In this document: one piece after another, positions 59,544-64,000 of the stretch
Position numbering within the stretch: the stretch's first letter is position 1
Layout of the letters: every line of letters starts with the position of its first letter
DNA from: Candidatus Corynebacterium intestinavium
Lineage (GTDB): Bacteria > Actinomycetota > Actinomycetes > Mycobacteriales > Mycobacteriaceae
DNA: 64,000 bases
Direction of reading: 5' to 3'
NCBI GenBank assembly: GCA_019120635.1
Contig: DWUR01000100.1
Coordinates: 1,667 to 65,666 of the forward strand
Position numbers and translations under genes: made by a program
The notes under the pieces: generated by a model
Databases searched by the model: none
Told to the model about the DNA's origin: nothing
What the model saw: the letters and a program-made list of their open reading frames with translations, nothing else

Positions 59544-60716
59544 TTACCCAAGAATCTCCTCGCAGCTGACCGCGATCCAGGACTTCGCGCGCTTGGGCTT
59601 ATCGCCGCAGGAGGACACGACCATGACGCTGTCCCGGCGCTCCATGCGGACCCGGAAGCGCAGGTCCGAGGCGGTGTCTTCCACGATGCGGACGGCGACA
59701 TCGGCGGCTGCCTGCGTGTTTTCCTCGTCGCTGCCTTCTGGGCTTTCTTCCCAGGACGTCAGCGCGGCGAGGCCGACGGGCAGACCGCGGTCGTCGAGCT
59801 CGTGGGCCACGCGGAGTTCGGCGACCTGGCTGGCGGGGGCGAGGCAGCCGCGGCCGCGGTTGCCCTGCAGCCAGAGCTCCCCGCGTTGGGCGTGTTCCAC
59901 CATGCTGCGCGCCCCGCCCTCGGCCATGCGGCCGAAGGAGTAGTTGGCGGGCAGCAGGAGCATGGAGGGCGCGAAGCGGTGCCCCTTGGTGTGGGAGGAC
60001 TCCCAGATGATCGGGTCGATGGGGTCCGCCGAGGGGTGGTCATCGAATTCCTCGAATTCGGTGCGCTTGGGATCCACCGGCCCGGCTCCCACTCCGGCGG
60101 CGTCGGCGTGGTGCTGGGTGGGCGCGAGGTTTGCGGCGGGCTGGCTCCCCGGGATGGCTTCGTCCCCGTGTGCGGTGGGCTCGTCGAAGTGCTTGTTCAG
60201 CGCGGCGGCGAGCGGGCGGCCGCGGACGGCGCAGCAGCGGTCGCGGCGGCCGTGGGTGCAGACCAGCAGGATGGGGTGCTCGACGCGGCGGGCGCCCGGG
60301 GTGTTGCCCGGGGTGCTCAGGTCGACGTCCAGGAGGGCCTCGACGCTAGACAGGTCCATCCTTTCGAGGATGGGTTCGGTGCCGGTGGCCCAGGCGATAT
60401 AGAGCACCCGGGTGTTGTTCTGGCGGCGGTCCTGGCCTTCCCGGCCGGGGCGGCGGATGAACTGGAGTTCGGCCCCGTTGTCCTTGAGGAAGGTTTTGAT
60501 CTTCGCATTCAGCTCGGCGCCGAAGGCGGTGCCGTCGAGGATGTCGTGCCCCCAGCCGGTGTAGAACTCCAGGCAGAGGACGATTTTTCCGGGTTTTGCG
60601 GTGCCAGCGAGCTGCTCTCCGGTGAAGGTGGAGCAAATGGTGGGGGCGTCGTCGAGCTGTTCGGTGGTGAACTCGTGTGGCGAGACTCCCGCGAGTGGAT
60701 TTCTGCTGGTAGCCAT
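59544..60716 (-). CDS. Sucrase/ferredoxin-like [2Fe-2S] protein (Apd1/Aim32-like)
   Basis: LVCTHGRRDRCCA and ESSHTKGHRFAP motifs; ATG 60716 lies 7 nt after TACCTT. Confidence 0.88.
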   Translation of the reverse strand: MATSRNPLAGVSPHEFTTEQLDDAPTICSTFTGEQLAGTAKPGKIVLCLEFYTGWGHDILDGTAFGAELNAKIKTFLKDNGAELQFIRRPGREGQDRRQNNTRVLYIAWATGTEPILERMDLSSVEALLDVDLSTPGNTPGARRVEHPILLVCTHGRRDRCCAVRGRPLAAALNKHFDEPTAHGDEAIPGSQPAANLAPTQHHADAAGVGAGPVDPKRTEFEEFDDHPSADPIDPIIWESSHTKGHRFAPSMLLLPANYSFGRMAEGGARSMVEHAQRGELWLQGNRGRGCLAPASQVAELRVAHELDDRGLPVGLAALTSWEESPEGSDEENTQAAADVAVRIVEDTASDLRFRVRMERRDSVMVVSSCGDKPKRAKSWIAVSCEEILG

Positions 60717-60838
60717 AACTGACAAGGTACCAAATGGAAGGCCTTAGGCAGACCTAAGCGGCCGGATCGATTGATCGCGGCCGCTTCAGGGTTTACGGGC
60801 TCACGCCCGTGGGGCGGGCGGAAGGCCCACGGGTACTC

Positions 60839-61525
60839 TTAGGAGCTGAGGGAGATGCTGCCGGATGGCTTGGAAGCACCCTTCTTGACGGTGATCTTCG
60901 GACCATTGTCGAAGGTCTTGTAGTTGTTGAAGGCTGCGCCGACCTTTGCGCCACCACCGGTGGCGAAGGTGCCCTCCTCCGAGCCGGCCTTCCAGGTGAA
61001 GTCGACAACCAGGGACTTGTGAGTGCTGACGGTGCTGTCCCCCTGGAAGATCAGGCCTTCCTTCAGGCCGACATTGACCTGCTTGACGCCCTTGTCGGTG
61101 GTCACGCCGTACTGGCTCTGGTCGAGCTCCTTGACTCCGCCGACGAGGAGGCCCTTCTTGAAGGTCTCGACCTTGACCAGCTGGAAGCTCTCCGGCATGC
61201 GCTCGATGAGGTCGCTGACCTTGGTCTCGCCCTTCACACCCTGGATCTTGATGCGGGTCTTGACGGTCGCGCCCGGGCGCACGGTCTCAGCGCCGGTGAC
61301 GAGCTGCTTGTAGACGTCCACGTTCCAGACCGGACCGCCGACGTTACCGAGCTTGTACTCCTTGCCCTGGGCCTGTGGCAGATCCTTCGGAGCGGAGGAG
61401 CCGAGGCTGCCCAGGCTGCCCAGCGGGCTTGCACCTGCGGCGGTGACGCCGCCCATGGCGACGGCCGTCGCTGCGGTGAGGGCAATGGCGGCCTTGCCGA
61501 TTGCGTTGATCTTCTTGGTCGCCAT
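60839..61525 (-). CDS. Secreted protein with a Sec signal peptide and a probable Ig-like (DUF11-like) domain
   Basis: MATKKINAIGKAAIALTAATAVAMGGVTAAGA-SP; strongly biased codons; K...VRPGATVK.RI.I...V.D..P..FQLV pattern. Confidence 0.8.
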   Translation of the reverse strand: MATKKINAIGKAAIALTAATAVAMGGVTAAGASPLGSLGSLGSSAPKDLPQAQGKEYKLGNVGGPVWNVDVYKQLVTGAETVRPGATVKTRIKIQGVKGETKVSDLIERMPESFQLVKVETFKKGLLVGGVKELDQSQYGVTTDKGVKQVNVGLKEGLIFQGDSTVSTHKSLVVDFTWKAGSEEGTFATGGGAKVGAAFNNYKTFDNGPKITVKKGASKPSGSISLSS

Positions 61526-61788
61526 TTCTTTGGACCCTTTCATTCTGACCCGCGCCGGCGCGCTGGCCTTTGTGTCTTTGAGGACTGGAAACTGGGTGCG
61601 CTGGGCGGTCCCGCCTGTCGCTTGCCGAGGTACCTCGCTCTCTAGAATGACCCCGGTTCAACCCCAGTGACCGGCAGCTTACTATTTTCTTAGCACCAGT
61701 ACATTCGTTTGGGAAACTACTCCCGGTTTATTTTCCTCACCACCGCTTTCACCCCCACCTTCCAGCCCTAACGCAACCCAGTCAGCTC

Positions 61789-63447
61789 TCAGTAAGTCGC
61801 CTCGACTCGCCACTTCTGCCCCTTGCATACCAACAGGTAGGCGCCCTCGTCGGTGGCGACCTGTAGGCGCGCATAGCGCTTGCCTTCGGCCCACCACTGC
61901 TCGTCCACGGGCCAGGGGCCAGCCCACCCCCGGATGGGTAGTATCCGGTTACCCCACTGCAGCCGTTGGGGTGGCTCACTCATCAGCCCCCGGCCGGTCA
62001 CGTGCACGGGCTGTGCGCGCTCGCTGAGCACAGCGATCGATGCGGCCGGGTGCCCCGCGCTGGGGTTTGCAGCTTCGCCCACCGTCGCTGGCAGCGGCGC
62101 GGGCAGCTCACCCCGCCACTGGGTCGTGGGCTGCGCGGAAACCTCCTCGGGCACTTCCTCGCCATAGGGCAGCGTGAGCACGCGCCCGCCGATGGCCCGC
62201 CCACCCCGGTGGACAACCTGCTGAACGGCAGCCATGCCGATGAGGGCCTGCGCTCGCCCAGCGGCGGCGCGGGCTGCGCGCAGCCCCTCGTCCGCCCCAC
62301 CCCAGAGCGGTTCGGCGATGGTACCCGCAGGCACCGTCTCGACCGGGAGCAGCTCGATGGCGACCACTCCGGCGGCGGAATCCTCGAAGCCCTCCTGCTC
62401 CGGCTCGCCAACCTTGGCGCGCAGCCGGGTGATCCAGCCGTCGAGTTGCCAGCGGACCCGCTGGGCGGTGTCATCTTCCGTCAGGGGCTCGCGGCAGCGC
62501 CAGGCGCGCTCCACCACGGTGGGGCCGGTGTACTCCGCAGGCGGGTTGAGGTGAACCCGCACGGTCAGCCGGAGGCAGGCCTCCCCGCGCCGGAAGAGCT
62601 CTCCGTGCAGCCGGGCAGCGGCCTGGCGGGCAACGAAGGCCGCGGTTTCGGTGCTCCGAATGGGCTCTTCTACCTGGTGCAGCACCTCGACGGGCTGGGC
62701 GGGGCGCTGCGGGGAGACCTCCCGGCCGGGCTCGCCGCAGGCCACTCTGTGCCAGTACACAGCTTCGGCACCGAAGCGCCCCGCCACGTGCTTTCGCCCC
62801 AGTGCCGCGAAGTCTCGCAGGGTGCGCACCCCCAGCTCCTGCAGGGTGCTGACCAGCTCGGCTGGGGCGCTCAGCACAGACTCCACCGCCATAAACCCGA
62901 TGGGCAGGGTGGGCACGAAGCTGGAGTTTCCGCCGGGCGGGACGTGCACCCCACGGCGTGCTGCCCACACGGCGGGCATCAGGTCGTCGGCGGTGCCGGC
63001 CAGGCACTCCACCCCCAGCCGGGCCGCGGAGTCCAGCAGGAGTTCGACGGCCGCAGCCTCCCCGCCGTAGTAATTCGCCAGCGGCCTGGTGGGCAATGCA
63101 ACGAGACCCGGGCGCAGCGTTTCCACCCCGGCAGCCACCTCCATGAGGGCCGCCACGATGTCCTCATGAATCGTGGCCTCCTGCACTGGGTCGGCGTGCG
63201 CATGCCGTAGCTCCGGGCAGGTTGCGAGCGCGTGACGCTGCTTCATCCCCTGGCGCACTCCCTGCGCCCGCGCAGCGGCGTTACAGGCCTGGACGCGATA
63301 TTCCGCGATCGTGGCGGCAGGCCGCAGCATGTCCCAGCCGCGAGCAAGCCCCACGGCATAGACCGGGAAATCCGGGAACCACAGGACGGTCACGCGTTCA
63401 GCCGCAGCAGCGCTAGCTTCGGCACTGGCCTTTCCCCGGCCAGTCAC
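61789..63447 (-). CDS. imuB: ImuB, catalytically inactive Y-family polymerase of the mutasome
   Basis: VLWFPDFPV, CNAAARAQGVRQGM, RVRWQLDGW, GWAGPWPVDEQWW, VEATY; GTG 63447 overlaps the imuA' stop. Confidence 0.92.
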   Translation of the reverse strand: MTGRGKASAEASAAAAERVTVLWFPDFPVYAVGLARGWDMLRPAATIAEYRVQACNAAARAQGVRQGMKQRHALATCPELRHAHADPVQEATIHEDIVAALMEVAAGVETLRPGLVALPTRPLANYYGGEAAAVELLLDSAARLGVECLAGTADDLMPAVWAARRGVHVPPGGNSSFVPTLPIGFMAVESVLSAPAELVSTLQELGVRTLRDFAALGRKHVAGRFGAEAVYWHRVACGEPGREVSPQRPAQPVEVLHQVEEPIRSTETAAFVARQAAARLHGELFRRGEACLRLTVRVHLNPPAEYTGPTVVERAWRCREPLTEDDTAQRVRWQLDGWITRLRAKVGEPEQEGFEDSAAGVVAIELLPVETVPAGTIAEPLWGGADEGLRAARAAAGRAQALIGMAAVQQVVHRGGRAIGGRVLTLPYGEEVPEEVSAQPTTQWRGELPAPLPATVGEAANPSAGHPAASIAVLSERAQPVHVTGRGLMSEPPQRLQWGNRILPIRGWAGPWPVDEQWWAEGKRYARLQVATDEGAYLLVCKGQKWRVEATY

Positions 63448-64000
63448 AGCGCCACCTCGATCCGGCCCTGATCGACCTGACTGCCTGCACCATCGCGGCG
63501 GCCCGTCAACTCCGCCGTGATGCGCTGCGGCGGCTGCCCCTTGCCCCAAACGCGCCCGGTCACACCGACCGAGCGGATGCGCCCGCTCCCCCGGCCCAGC
63601 CCGTGAACACCAGACACCCGCACGTCAAGGTTCAGCCGCGCACCCGGCCAGGGCGCGCCGCAACTCAGTAATGCGCAACTACTCTTACGCAGCCTCGCCT
63701 CCACGGGGCGCGCGAAGGTGGGCGTGACCCGCCGGACGGGCACGTAGACGACCAGGTCCAGCCCCTCCGCCAAGGTCGAGAGCACCGCCCCGACGTGCGG
63801 TGCAGGGTCCGGCACGATGATCAACCGGGAGAGCTCTCCACCCGCCGCGGCTATGGCCGCCAGCGCGAGTTTCGGATAGCCCACCACCGCCGCACACCCG
63901 CCGTTCGCGGTAACATGCGCAAGAATATCGACGACCGCTGCGGGGCAGTCCGCCATCGCGGTCACCGCCCCGCGCACCAGCCCGCCGCCAGCAAGCTGGC
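63444..64000 (-). CDS. imuA: ImuA' (RecA-like mutasome accessory protein), 5' end beyond the window
   Basis: Frame is open to the window edge (QLAGGGLVRGAV...); GLDLVV, ARLRKSSCALL, GLGRGSGRIR. Confidence 0.85.
   Translation of the reverse strand, partial: QLAGGGLVRGAVTAMADCPAAVVDILAHVTANGGCAAVVGYPKLALAAIAAAGGELSRLIIVPDPAPHVGAVLSTLAEGLDLVVYVPVRRVTPTFARPVEARLRKSSCALLSCGAPWPGARLNLDVRVSGVHGLGRGSGRIRSVGVTGRVWGKGQPPQRITAELTGRRDGAGSQVDQGRIEVAL

Noticed and set aside
61526-61788. Possible c-di-AMP or other riboswitch ahead of the secreted protein
   Set aside because: No conserved riboswitch motifs recognised by eye

Overview
High-GC chromosomal core region of a Corynebacterium. Gene content and order suggest a lipophilic species such as C. 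urealyticum; this is my inference, with no search run. About 50 intact CDSs. In order: trehalose-type ABC permeases; purE/purK; birA with accD-accE-maf; prpD-prpC without prpB; accBC; glpK; a nucleoside salvage block (punA, phosphomutase, upp, add); a small helical protein plus a signal-peptide-less NlpC/P60 protein; an Rv3311-like gene; a Gln/Gly-repeat membrane protein; a sugar (inositol-like) ABC transporter; trpS; xth; MFS; icd; MOSC; metY-metX; folD; trmL; a TPP-riboswitch ykoEDC ECF operon ending in an unexplained P-loop kinase; an anchored esterase; dnaE2 with an SOS box; metQNI with an McbR box; azlCD; a sucrase-ferredoxin; a small secreted Ig-like protein; imuB; and a partial imuA'. 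I saw no rRNA, tRNA, IS, prophage or CRISPR array. The best leads are: (1) the only accD in the window is intact but has lost both oxyanion-hole loops and two lid segments, so it looks like a pseudo-enzyme scaffold; (2) a possible type VII secretion cargo pair carrying a peptidoglycan endopeptidase; (3) a kinase coupled to the thiamine ECF operon; (4) prpB is absent and a 4-copy 13-bp motif array lies in its place; (5) several unusual protein tails and 3'-end micro-duplications. Start codons were re-chosen by eye and domain calls rest on motif recognition only.
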